NCBI GenBank assembly: GCA_910587235.1
Contig: CAJUKD010000002.1
Coordinates: 52,943 to 116,942, forward strand
Origin: an uncultured Muribaculaceae bacterium
GTDB taxonomy: Bacteria; Bacteroidota; Bacteroidia; Bacteroidales; Muribaculaceae
Reading direction: 5' to 3'
DNA: 64,000 nt
A program made the translations under genes and the position numbers. Positions within the stretch are counted from its first letter, which is position 1; each line of letters opens with the position of its first letter. The notes beneath the pieces were generated by a model. That model did not search any database and was not told where the DNA came from. It saw nothing but the letters and a program-made list of their open reading frames with translations. Below are positions 18,773 to 27,614 of the stretch, one piece after another.

Positions 18773-21172
18773 TTAGGACTGCATATCCTCCATTATATCT
18801 TGACTTTTTTCTATTGTTTGAAAGTCGGGCTTCTCCTGAAGCTCGGCAATCGGCAGCAAAAGCTGCTGCTCGCCATCTGCAGCGGCAGGCAACTCCTTGT
18901 TGCGCGGCTTGCGACGGCGTGGCTTACGGCGCTGCACGGCAGCGGCGGCAGTAATCTCCGCTTCGGAATCCGGGCCGGATTCAATATCTGCATCCGCCGA
19001 CAAAGAATCCGACTCAGCCAGTGTTTCTGAATCAGAAACTGCATCAACTGCCTCTGCGGCACTTTCATCCGCAACGCTTTCCGCTACAGCCGCCTTAGAG
19101 CCGCCGCGACGGCGTCGCGAACGCTTTTTCTGCACCTCGGCCGTTTCCACTGGCACATCAGGAGCATCACACATTTCAGCCTCTGCGGCAATTTCTTCAG
19201 GCTGCACTTCTGCTTTGACAACGACTGCCTCTGCTATCGTAGCCGCCGCATCAGCCGCAATAAGACGCGCGGAATCGCTTACAGGAGCAAGCTTATCCTC
19301 CGCATCAGCAGGCTTATCGGCATTTTTCGGCCGCTCTTCTTTGGCGTCACGAACGGCATCCGCCTCCTGTGGCTGCACATCTTTACGCGCAGGCTTGGGC
19401 TGCTGCCCCTGTTTCGGTTCCGCCTTGGGCTGATTGTTCTGCGGCTTCGCAGACTGTGCCTGCTGTTTGGGCTTATCCTGCTTTTGCGTCTGAGCTTGCT
19501 GAGATTTCGGTTGCGTCTTAACCTGCTTGGAATCGTCGGACTTATCGTCTGCGCCACCTCGGTTGCGGGCTTTGTTGCGCGTCTTTTCTGTCGAGCTTGC
19601 GCTGACATCCTTTTCATCGCGCAGCGATATCTCATTGCGGTCCTTGTCAAGGACACGGAACTGAAGATAAGCGAGCGACTCATCAGGCATCACTTTGAAA
19701 GTGCGTCCGAGCTTGCGCCTCCACGTGCGGTAGAGCGATGAAAAGAGTCCGCGTTTGATATAGGCATCCACAAACGGATGTATATACATTATGAAATCCC
19801 GTGTCTTAAGTTCGTTGACAAGATACTCGAGTTTTTCGTAAAGACGGTCGGTGAAAAGTATCGAAGGCTGAACCTCACCTTTTCCGAAACACGACGGACA
19901 TTCTTCGGATGTGGTGATGTCAAGAGCCGGGCGCACACGCTGGCGCGTAATCTGCATAAGTCCGAACTTACTGAGCGGCAAAATATTATGGCGCGCACGG
20001 TCATTAGCCATTATTTCCCGCATGTGGTCATAGAGCTGCTGGCGGTGCTCGCTGCGGTTCATGTCGATGAAATCGACCACGATTATGCCGCCCATGTCGC
20101 GCAGGCGGAGCTGGCGCGCTATCTCGTCGGCAGCTCTCAGGTTCACTTCCAGCGCATTGCTTTCCTGGTCATTGGTAGCCTTGGTGCGATTGCCCGAATT
20201 GACGTCGATGACATGCAGCGCTTCAGTGTGCTCGATAATGATATAAGCTCCCGATCGGAACGAAACCGTCTTTCCGAACGACGACTTGATCTGGCGCGTG
20301 ATTCCGAAATGGTCGAATATAGGTTCGTCCTTGGAATAGAGCTTTACTATATCTTTCCGCTCGGATGCTATAAGAGTAACATAGTTGAGAATTTGTCCGT
20401 AGACCTGCTGGTCATTTACATAGATATTCTCGAACGACGGATTGAACACATCGCGGAGCACTCCGACAATACGGCTTTCTTCCTCAAAAATAAGAGAAGG
20501 GGCTTCCGCCTTCTGAGCCTTGGCGACAGCATCCTCCCAGTACTGGACAAGCGTCTTAAGTTCATGATTAAGTTCGGCCACGCGCTTGCCTTCGGCGGAT
20601 GTTCGGATTATGACGCCGAAATTCTTAGGCTTGATGCTTTCTACGAGCTGACGCAGACGCATCTTTTCTTCCGTCGATTTGATTTTCTGGGAGATAGATA
20701 TTTTATCGTTGAATGGCGTAAGCACCAGATAACGGCCGGTAAACGATATTTCAGTGGTGAGCCGCGGTCCTTTCGAAGAGATCGGCTCTTTGACAATCTG
20801 CACCATCAGCTCGCGGCCGGGGGTGAGCACATCGGCCACCGAGCCATGCTTGTCTATTTCCGGCTGGATTTTCATCCGCGACACCGACGGCAGACGTTTT
20901 TTATCCTCAAAAAGCTGGGTGAGGAAATCCGAATAAGTTGAGAAGTGAGGTCCTAAGTCAAGATAATGGAGAAATGCATCCTTTTCATAGCCAACATTGA
21001 CGAAAGCGGCATTCAGACCCGGCATAAGCTTTTTGACTTTCGCCAGATAGATGTCGCCAACGGCATAGGCAATGTTACGGGCTTCTTTCTGGAGCGACAC
21101 AAGCCGCGAATCCTCAAGAAGCGCCGACGACACCTCCGAAGCCTGTACGTCGACAATTAATTCACTTTTCAT
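18773..21172 (-). CDS. ribonuclease E/G family protein with a long C-terminal low-complexity extension
   Basis: S1 domain (GDIYLAKVKKLMPGLNAAFVNVG), catalytic core (IIIEHTEALHVIDVNSG, GGIIVVDFIDM) and Zn-link CPSC. Residues after about 520 are K/Q/P/A/E/D-rich. Confidence 0.9.
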   Translation of the reverse strand: MKSELIVDVQASEVSSALLEDSRLVSLQKEARNIAYAVGDIYLAKVKKLMPGLNAAFVNVGYEKDAFLHYLDLGPHFSTYSDFLTQLFEDKKRLPSVSRMKIQPEIDKHGSVADVLTPGRELMVQIVKEPISSKGPRLTTEISFTGRYLVLTPFNDKISISQKIKSTEEKMRLRQLVESIKPKNFGVIIRTSAEGKRVAELNHELKTLVQYWEDAVAKAQKAEAPSLIFEEESRIVGVLRDVFNPSFENIYVNDQQVYGQILNYVTLIASERKDIVKLYSKDEPIFDHFGITRQIKSSFGKTVSFRSGAYIIIEHTEALHVIDVNSGNRTKATNDQESNALEVNLRAADEIARQLRLRDMGGIIVVDFIDMNRSEHRQQLYDHMREIMANDRARHNILPLSKFGLMQITRQRVRPALDITTSEECPSCFGKGEVQPSILFTDRLYEKLEYLVNELKTRDFIMYIHPFVDAYIKRGLFSSLYRTWRRKLGRTFKVMPDESLAYLQFRVLDKDRNEISLRDEKDVSASSTEKTRNKARNRGGADDKSDDSKQVKTQPKSQQAQTQKQDKPKQQAQSAKPQNNQPKAEPKQGQQPKPARKDVQPQEADAVRDAKEERPKNADKPADAEDKLAPVSDSARLIAADAAATIAEAVVVKAEVQPEEIAAEAEMCDAPDVPVETAEVQKKRSRRRRGGSKAAVAESVADESAAEAVDAVSDSETLAESDSLSADADIESGPDSEAEITAAAAVQRRKPRRRKPRNKELPAAADGEQQLLLPIAELQEKPDFQTIEKSQDIMEDMQS

Positions 21173-21349
21173 TAGTAATGTTGGAATTTGTGGGAAGTAA
21201 GGATGATTCTGATAGATCCGGTGCGTTTTTAGCTTCGGGAACCGGAACGCACCGATGGAAATACAAAGAACAAACTTCAGCGCGGAACTATCACACTTTC
21301 AGTGTCCCCGTGCAAAAGTCTGTTCTTGTATTCTGCATTGTTTTTTTCA

Positions 21350-21400
21350 AGCTGCAAAAACCGGCGGCGCCTGTCCGGCATCACGCCGGCGTATGCCGCC
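21350..21400 (-). terminator. candidate intrinsic terminator after the bS22-like gene
   Basis: GC-rich hairpin (GGCGGC at 21363-21368 pairs with GCCGCC at 21395-21400, with an inner CCGGC/GCCGG stem), followed on the minus strand by TTTTTG. Confidence 0.45.
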
Positions 21401-21419
21401 TTTTAACGGAGCGACAAGA

Positions 21420-21509
21420 TTATTTCTTCTTGTGACGATTCTTTCTCAGACGTTTCTTGCGCTTGTGAGTAGCCATCTTGTGGCCTTTTCTTTTCTTTCC
21501 GCTGGGCAT
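21420..21509 (-). CDS. 29-aa lysine/arginine-rich protein, bS22-like small ribosomal protein (AURKAIP1/COX24-like)
   Basis: Below the ORF-track cutoff. Manual translation gives MPSGKKRKGHKMATHKRKKRLRKNRHKKK followed by a stop. It lies between HU and RNase E/G on the same strand. Confidence 0.7.
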   Translation of the reverse strand: MPSGKKRKGHKMATHKRKKRLRKNRHKKK

Positions 21510-21608
21510 TTTTTTACGCTTTTGGAGGTTAATATATTTATGTGTTGAATTCTCTGTTTCGGAGGGAGCGGAATCCGGCAATGCCGTTCCGACTGTTCCT
21601 TATCGGTA

Positions 21609-21881
21609 TTATTTCACCTCATCCATGAACACGCGGGCCGGCTTGAATGCGGGGATCTTGTGTTCGGGGATGATTATAGTAGTATTTTTGGAGATATTGC
21701 GGGCGGTCTTCTCCGAACGGGTCTTCACGATGAAGCTACCGAAACCGCGGAGATAAACGTTTTCACCGTTTGCAAGGGAATCCTTTACGACTTCCATGAA
21801 TTTCTCGATGGTGCCAAGAACGGCGGCCTTCTCGATGCCGGTGCTCTTTGAGATTTCGTTGACGATGTCAGCTTTTGTCAT
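21609..21881 (-). CDS. HU family DNA-binding protein
   Basis: 90 aa: MTKADIVNEISKSTGIEK...RGFGSFIVKTRSEKTARNI...IPAFKPA, with the canonical HU arm. Confidence 0.95.
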   Translation of the reverse strand: MTKADIVNEISKSTGIEKAAVLGTIEKFMEVVKDSLANGENVYLRGFGSFIVKTRSEKTARNISKNTTIIIPEHKIPAFKPARVFMDEVK

Positions 21882-21929
21882 TTTTTTATTTATTATACGT
21901 TTGATAATGTTGATTCAATTACCTGTCTT

Positions 21930-21954
21930 ACAAAAAAGCGGGCTACGATAGCCC
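21930..21954 (-). terminator. candidate intrinsic terminator after the HAD hydrolase gene
   Basis: Minus strand reads GGGCTATCGTAGCCC followed by GCTTTTTT. Confidence 0.5.
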
Positions 21955-22037
21955 TTCATTTTTTCGCAGTGCAAATATCGCACTTTTTTTTTAATCAATT
22001 GCAATATTTCCCAAGTTTTTTTTGAGTTATTGCTGTG

Positions 22038-22796
22038 TTATATAGTTTTTTTCGGATTTATTTCTTCTGTCTTGCAAATAATACGCGCCACTTCATCCAG
22101 CGTCCGGGCACAACCGAGAAATCGCTCCGTAGCAAAATCGACACCCGAAGCAGACTCTCCCGACGGATTGAACCACACGGCCGACCAGCCGGCGCCAAGT
22201 GCCCCGGCAACATCCGTCAACGGATTATCTCCTATGAGAACTGATTCGGTGGCACTTACGCCCGCACGCTCAAGAGCATAGCCGAAAATCCGGGGATCCG
22301 GCTTATTAATGCCTATGTCGTCGCTGAGCACAAGCGTGTCGAAATAAGAGGCTATGCCGCCAGAACACAATTTGCGGTGCTGAACCTCCTTGAATCCGTT
22401 GCTCAGCAGCCCCATCCTGTAGCCAAACCCCGACAATGCCGACAACAGCTCATCAGCGCCGGCGACAAGTCCCGTACAGCGGCCAAGCCTGTCAAGATAG
22501 TCGGCATCGAGCCTTGCCGAAGCCGCGGCAGCCTCTTCCTCGCCGCAGCCGCACATACGCAAAGGCCGCGCAAAACGCTCCGATCGCAGATAATCGCGCC
22601 CTATCGCCCCGCGATTATACGAGTCCCACAGGTCGACATTCACTGAATGATAGCAGTCAAGCCATTCCTGCAACCCGCGCTCGCGGAAAAAGCCGTGCAC
22701 CGCCGGGTCGGAATAAAAGAGTTCCGACAGCACGGCGGTACTGTTTCCGCTCATATCCCAGAGCGTATCGTCGATATCGAACCACAGATAACGCAT
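22038..22796 (-). CDS. HAD-IA family hydrolase (YjjG-like nucleotidase type)
   Basis: Start moved to MRYLWFDIDDTLWDM (DxDxT motif I), which avoids overlap with the upstream gene. Motifs LLSNG and GDNPLTDVAGA are present. Confidence 0.8.
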   Translation of the reverse strand: MRYLWFDIDDTLWDMSGNSTAVLSELFYSDPAVHGFFRERGLQEWLDCYHSVNVDLWDSYNRGAIGRDYLRSERFARPLRMCGCGEEEAAAASARLDADYLDRLGRCTGLVAGADELLSALSGFGYRMGLLSNGFKEVQHRKLCSGGIASYFDTLVLSDDIGINKPDPRIFGYALERAGVSATESVLIGDNPLTDVAGALGAGWSAVWFNPSGESASGVDFATERFLGCARTLDEVARIICKTEEINPKKTI

Positions 22797-22809
22797 CCGG
22801 CGGGACTCG

Positions 22810-23496
22810 TCACTCTTCCCTGACTCCATCATTCCCTGTCCGGTCTGCCGGAGCCTCCTCGGCAGCACCGGCTGCCGGAACCGCAACCGCCTCTTCGGCT
22901 TCGGGTTCGGTTTTCACTGTTTCAGAGTCGATGCTCGGCTCCTTTACCGATTTCAACTGCTTGTGGTTCACACGGCCTATCATCATTGATTCGACAAAAG
23001 TAGTAACACCGAAAAGCAGCAGGCAGACTCCCGTCACAAGCATTATCGAGTTATCATTGAGAGCCGGAGTCTGGAAAAACACATATACAGCCGCCGCCAC
23101 AAGAAGGATAGGCGTGATAAAAAGCCAGTTGGGCAATCGGGTCGGACGGGAACCGAACACAAGGAGAAATATCTGGAACAAAGCTCCGAAAAGAATCACT
23201 ACGCCGAATATGAAGGTGATAAGTTCCATGAACTTCGGCTTGAAAATCAGCATGGTCACACCCAGCACAAAAGCTGCGGCGCTGCTGATCCAGCCGAAGG
23301 CATGCCCCAAGGCGTTACTGCCCGACTTCTTGCCGGAACCGGCGAAAACAGCGACATTCATAAGAGATGCAACGATAAATACAATCGCAGTCACAGTCAC
23401 GACTCCTGAGGTCGTTATGCTTTTGTAAGTCAAAAGAATCAGAACACCTGCGGCCACCATGACAAGTGCCGTAAGCAATAGATTTCGTCCTTTCAT
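22810..23496 (-). CDS. DUF308/HdeD-like polytopic membrane protein with an acidic C-terminal tail
   Basis: Six predicted TM helices in repeating pairs. The tail is EPEAEEAVAVPAAGAAEEAPADRTGNDGVREE. Confidence 0.5.
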   Translation of the reverse strand: MKGRNLLLTALVMVAAGVLILLTYKSITTSGVVTVTAIVFIVASLMNVAVFAGSGKKSGSNALGHAFGWISSAAAFVLGVTMLIFKPKFMELITFIFGVVILFGALFQIFLLVFGSRPTRLPNWLFITPILLVAAAVYVFFQTPALNDNSIMLVTGVCLLLFGVTTFVESMMIGRVNHKQLKSVKEPSIDSETVKTEPEAEEAVAVPAAGAAEEAPADRTGNDGVREE

Positions 23497-23609
23497 AACT
23501 ATCTTGATTTGAAACGTAATACAAAATTACAACAATTTCCGAACATTATTGGTTGCCCTCAATACAAAAACACGCACCGGACATAATCAGCGGACACTAA
23601 AATTTTTCT

Positions 23610-23641
23610 TTTGGGAAATATGATAAATTTACATAACTTTG
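23610..23641 (+). promoter_or_regulatory. mdh promoter (TTTG-N20-TAACTTTG)
   Basis: TTTG at 23610-23613 and TAACTTTG at 23634-23641, 53 nt before the mdh ATG. Both elements match the consensus. Confidence 0.6.
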
Positions 23642-23693
23642 CCATTAGAAACAGACGACCATATAACTAACACCAACATTATACATTAAAGCT

Positions 23694-24620
23694 ATGTCTA
23701 AAATTACAGTTGTAGGCGCCGGCAACGTAGGCGCTACATGTGCTAATGTACTGGTTACAAACCAGATTGCCGATGAAGTAGTTCTGCTCGACATCAAAGA
23801 AGGCGTGTCCGAAGGCAAAGCCATGGACATCATGCAGACAGCATCTATCCTCGGCATCAACACCCGCCTGACAGGCGTCACCAACGATTATGCCGCCACA
23901 GAAGGCTCCGACATGGTTGTGATCACATCCGGCATTCCCCGCAAACCCGGAATGACCCGTGAAGAACTCATCGGCGTAAATGCCGGCATCGTGAAATCAG
24001 TGACCGAGAACATCCTCGCGCACTCACCCAACGCTATAATTCTCTGCGTCAGCAACCCAATGGACACCATGACCTACCTCATCCACAAAGTGACAGGTCT
24101 GCCCAAAAACCGCATCATAGGCATGGGTGGCGCACTCGACAGCGCCCGCTTCAAATACTTCCTCTGCCAGGCACTCGGCGCTAACGCAACCGAAGTCGAA
24201 GGCATCGTTATCGGCGGACACGGCGACACAACCATGATCCCCCTGACTCGCTATGCGGCATACCGCGGAATTCCCGCCGAAAGCATCCTTTCCGCCGAAA
24301 AAATGGAAAAAGTGGCTGCCGACACAATGGTAGGAGGCGCAACCCTCACAAAACTCCTCGGCACATCGGCATGGTACGCACCAGGTGCCGCTGCTGCACA
24401 GGTATGCGCAGCCGTCCTCCACGACCAGAAACGCATGATCTCATGCTCTGCCCTCCTCGAAGGCGAATACGGCGAAAGCGATCTCTGCATAGGCGTTCCC
24501 TGTATCCTCGGTCGCAACGGTATCGAAAAAATCGTTGAATTCGACCTCAACGACAAAGAAAAAGCTCTCTTCCACGCAAGCGCTGAAGCCGTACACAAAA
24601 CAAACGCAGCTCTTGCTTGA
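23694..24620 (+). CDS. mdh: malate dehydrogenase (LDH-like MDH)
   Basis: KITVVGAGNVGATCA Rossmann motif, ITSGIPRKPGMTREEL, and catalytic GGHGDTM. Confidence 0.95.
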   Translation: MSKITVVGAGNVGATCANVLVTNQIADEVVLLDIKEGVSEGKAMDIMQTASILGINTRLTGVTNDYAATEGSDMVVITSGIPRKPGMTREELIGVNAGIVKSVTENILAHSPNAIILCVSNPMDTMTYLIHKVTGLPKNRIIGMGGALDSARFKYFLCQALGANATEVEGIVIGGHGDTTMIPLTRYAAYRGIPAESILSAEKMEKVAADTMVGGATLTKLLGTSAWYAPGAAAAQVCAAVLHDQKRMISCSALLEGEYGESDLCIGVPCILGRNGIEKIVEFDLNDKEKALFHASAEAVHKTNAALA

Positions 24621-24657
24621 CACAACAATAAGCCGTAAACGCTTGTTACAATAAAGG

Positions 24658-24696
24658 ACGCGCGCTCCGTCAATGATACCGGAGCGCGCGTTTCTT
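24658..24696 (+). terminator. mdh intrinsic terminator
   Basis: 12-bp stem ACGCGCGCTCCG / CGGAGCGCGCGT followed by TTTCTT. It lies inside the long version of the next ORF, which supports the downstream start at 24721. Confidence 0.65.
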
Positions 24697-24720
24697 GACA
24701 AAATCAACAACGCAAAAGAC

Positions 24721-25224
24721 ATGAAACTGAAAAAGATCGCAATCTCAGCCGCATCTGTCGCCCTTATGTGCGCATGCAACGCCGGAAACACCGACTCCGC
24801 ACAGGCTGCACAGGCAGCACAAAAAAACGAAGACATAATCAAAGCGGAAACCTCCGCCGAGGAAACCGGCAGCCCCATCGCCGCCACAGCCGAAGCCGTG
24901 ACCGTGCTCGCCGACGACAACAGCTTCACACCAACCACAAAAGTAAGCCGACCGACCGTACTCGACTTCAATGCCGTGTGGTGCGGTCCTTGCCGACAGT
25001 TCGCACCGGCATTCCATGCCGCCGCCGAAAAATTTACCGGAAAAGCCGACTTCATCTCTGTCGACACCGATGCCAACCCCAAAACCGCCACCGCATTCGC
25101 CATACGCGGAATACCCACTGTCGTGATACTTATGCCCGACGGATCCACAAAACGATTCACAGGAACATCCGACATCCTTCCTGCTGAAAAATTCGACGCC
25201 ATTATCGCCGAGGTAACAAAATAG
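24721..25224 (+). CDS. thioredoxin-domain lipoprotein
   Basis: Lipoprotein-type signal MKLKKIAISAASVALMCAC, then VLDFNAVWCGPCRQF (WCGPC active site) and GIPTVVI. Confidence 0.85.
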   Translation: MKLKKIAISAASVALMCACNAGNTDSAQAAQAAQKNEDIIKAETSAEETGSPIAATAEAVTVLADDNSFTPTTKVSRPTVLDFNAVWCGPCRQFAPAFHAAAEKFTGKADFISVDTDANPKTATAFAIRGIPTVVILMPDGSTKRFTGTSDILPAEKFDAIIAEVTK

Positions 25225-25225
25225 A

Positions 25226-26560
25226 ATGACTCTTAAAGACATCATCAGCGCCATAAATTCGCGCCTGCAGATAAAAAAACTCAACGCGATGCAGGAGGCA
25301 ACGGCGGCAATAACACCGCCATGCCGACTGCTCCTTCTCGCCCCCACCGGAAGTGGAAAAACAGTCGCGTTCGCACTGCCATTCCTCCGCTCCCTTCCGG
25401 CACCCGGACGCGGACAGGTCGGCGGTGTCATCATAGCGCCATCGCGCGAACTTGTCCTGCAGATATATGAAGTTATCCGGCGAATAGCAACAGGATTCAA
25501 GACCGTAGCCTTCTACGGCGGCCATCCCATGGCCGATGAAGTCCGATCAGTCATTCCGGAGCCCGACATAATAGTCGCCACTCCCGGACGCCTCCTCGAC
25601 CATCTTAGGCGCGGAACCCTCAGCCTCGACAAAACATCCGCTCTCGTCCTCGACGAATACGACAAATCGCTCGACCTCGGCTTCGACGACGAAATGCGGC
25701 GCATAAGCGCAAGGATGAAAAACATACGCACACTCATCCTTACCTCAGCAACAAAGCTTCAGACACCCCCGCAATACCTCGACACCCGGGGGATGCGTAC
25801 TCTCGATTTCACCGGAGCCGCCGAAAAAGCGCCGGCCCCGAAACTCGACATAGCGATTGTCGAAAGTCCCGTCCGCGACAAACTGCAGACCCTCGCCGAC
25901 CTCCTCGCATCAATGGCTCCCGCATCAAGAGTGATGGTATTCGTCAACCACCGCGATGCCGCCGAGCGCATACACTCCGACATGCGCCGCCGGGGATTCC
26001 CCGCAGGACTGTACCACGGCGGACTCGAACAACAGCAGCGCGAACGGGCACTGGTAATGTTCGGGAACGGCACCACGCCCGTCCTTGTAAGCACCGACCT
26101 CGCCGCACGCGGACTCGACATACCCGCTGTCGAAGCCGTAGTCCACTACCACATGCCCGTCGACGCCGAAGCATGGACACACCGCAACGGACGCACCGCA
26201 CGCCAAGGCTCCGAAGGACATGTCTACATCATAAACTCCGAAGCCGACGACATTCCGGAATTCATACGATGGGATCACCCTTACACCCCGACGGCAACAT
26301 CCGGCGGCAATCCCGCCGAATCCCCGTGGCAGACTCTGCATATCAACGCCGGAAAAAAAGAAAAAATCTCCCGAGGCGATGTAGCCGGATTCCTGATCCA
26401 CAAAGGAGGACTACAATCAGCTCAGGTCGGAACGATAGACATACGCGACCACTGCGCATACGTAGCCGTCCCACGCGAGCTGGCGCGTGAACTCGTCAAA
26501 ACACTTATACCGCACCGAATGAAAAATACGCGCGTGCGCGTAAGCCGCATCGACGACTGA
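25226..26560 (+). CDS. DEAD-box-family RNA helicase with a DbpA-type C-terminal RNA-binding domain
   Basis: Motif I APTGSGKT, motif II as DEYD (25652-25663), SAT, HRNGRTAR, and C-terminal LHINAGKKEKISRGDVAGFL. Confidence 0.85.
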   Translation: MTLKDIISAINSRLQIKKLNAMQEATAAITPPCRLLLLAPTGSGKTVAFALPFLRSLPAPGRGQVGGVIIAPSRELVLQIYEVIRRIATGFKTVAFYGGHPMADEVRSVIPEPDIIVATPGRLLDHLRRGTLSLDKTSALVLDEYDKSLDLGFDDEMRRISARMKNIRTLILTSATKLQTPPQYLDTRGMRTLDFTGAAEKAPAPKLDIAIVESPVRDKLQTLADLLASMAPASRVMVFVNHRDAAERIHSDMRRRGFPAGLYHGGLEQQQRERALVMFGNGTTPVLVSTDLAARGLDIPAVEAVVHYHMPVDAEAWTHRNGRTARQGSEGHVYIINSEADDIPEFIRWDHPYTPTATSGGNPAESPWQTLHINAGKKEKISRGDVAGFLIHKGGLQSAQVGTIDIRDHCAYVAVPRELARELVKTLIPHRMKNTRVRVSRIDD

Positions 26561-26582
26561 ACCGGCCGGAAGCAGAAACGCC

Positions 26583-27500
26583 ATGGACAACGCACGAATA
26601 AGCATCGTAATTCCGGTCTACAACCGCGCCGGCATCGTACAGCGTACTCTCGCATCCGTCGCCTCCCAGACAGCCCGCCCGCTCGACATAATACTTGTCG
26701 ACAACAACTCCACCGACGGCACCGTCGAAGTACTCGGGCGATGGAAAAATACCGTACAGGACGATGCTTTCCGCGTAACCGTACTATCCGAAAAAAAGCC
26801 CGGAGCAGCAGCCGCGCGCAACCGCGGGCTTGAAGCCGTCACCACCGAATGGGTCATGTTCTTTGACTCCGACGACACCATGGCACCGCTCCACATCAGC
26901 CGCGCATTGCTTGTGATCGACGACAATCCCCGAGCCGACATAATCGGATGGGACGTCATGCGGCACGATCTCAAAGGCAACAGCTCCCGAAATAAATTCT
27001 CCGCCACCCGCTGCCAATGGCACTCGCTGTTCAACGGCTCCATGGCAACACTGCGATGGTGCGCACGCACCGCACTCGTACGACGCGCCGGCGGATGGAA
27101 CCCCGACATACGCTTCTGGGACGACATAGAACTCGGTGCACGCATGCTCGCGCTCAACCCCATGGCAGTACATGCCGGCAAAGAAATCACAGTATTCGTC
27201 CATGAATCCGCCGAATGTATAAGCTGCACAAGCAACGCCCCAACCCTTTCGCTGATGGAACCGGCATTGCAGAGCATAGCCCGGACACTCCCGCCCGGCA
27301 AAAAAAACTGGTGCGAGCTTAAGCGCGTAATACAGGCTGCCATATCAGCCGCCGAAGACCCCCGCGCAGCCCGCGATGTCCTGAACTCGGTCCTCGGCCG
27401 CACCTCATCGCCGGCATGGCGCATGATATGGCACGCAGCCTACACCTACACTCGCCTTGGCGGACGTGGCGCAGCAAGAATCCTGCGTCCTATGATGTGA
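26583..27500 (+). CDS. glycosyltransferase family 2
   Basis: ISIVIPVYNRAGIVQRTLASV...ILVDNNSTDGT...AARNRGLE...FFDSDD (GT-A DxD). Confidence 0.85.
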   Translation: MDNARISIVIPVYNRAGIVQRTLASVASQTARPLDIILVDNNSTDGTVEVLGRWKNTVQDDAFRVTVLSEKKPGAAAARNRGLEAVTTEWVMFFDSDDTMAPLHISRALLVIDDNPRADIIGWDVMRHDLKGNSSRNKFSATRCQWHSLFNGSMATLRWCARTALVRRAGGWNPDIRFWDDIELGARMLALNPMAVHAGKEITVFVHESAECISCTSNAPTLSLMEPALQSIARTLPPGKKNWCELKRVIQAAISAAEDPRAARDVLNSVLGRTSSPAWRMIWHAAYTYTRLGGRGAARILRPMM

Positions 27501-27560
27501 ATTGTCGCCGTATTGTCACCTGATTCAACCGGAATGTAACAGCATTGTAGCCCGTTTTGT

Positions 27561-27591
27561 TTTGGCTTCATGCGGTAAAATCGTAATTTTG
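27561..27591 (+). promoter_or_regulatory. promoter of the serine-hydrolase gene (TTTG-N19-TAATTTTG)
   Basis: TTTG at 27561-27564 and TAATTTTG at 27584-27591, 24 nt before the ATG at 27615. Confidence 0.55.
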
Positions 27592-27614
27592 CCGCCATCA
27601 GACAAAGCATAACG

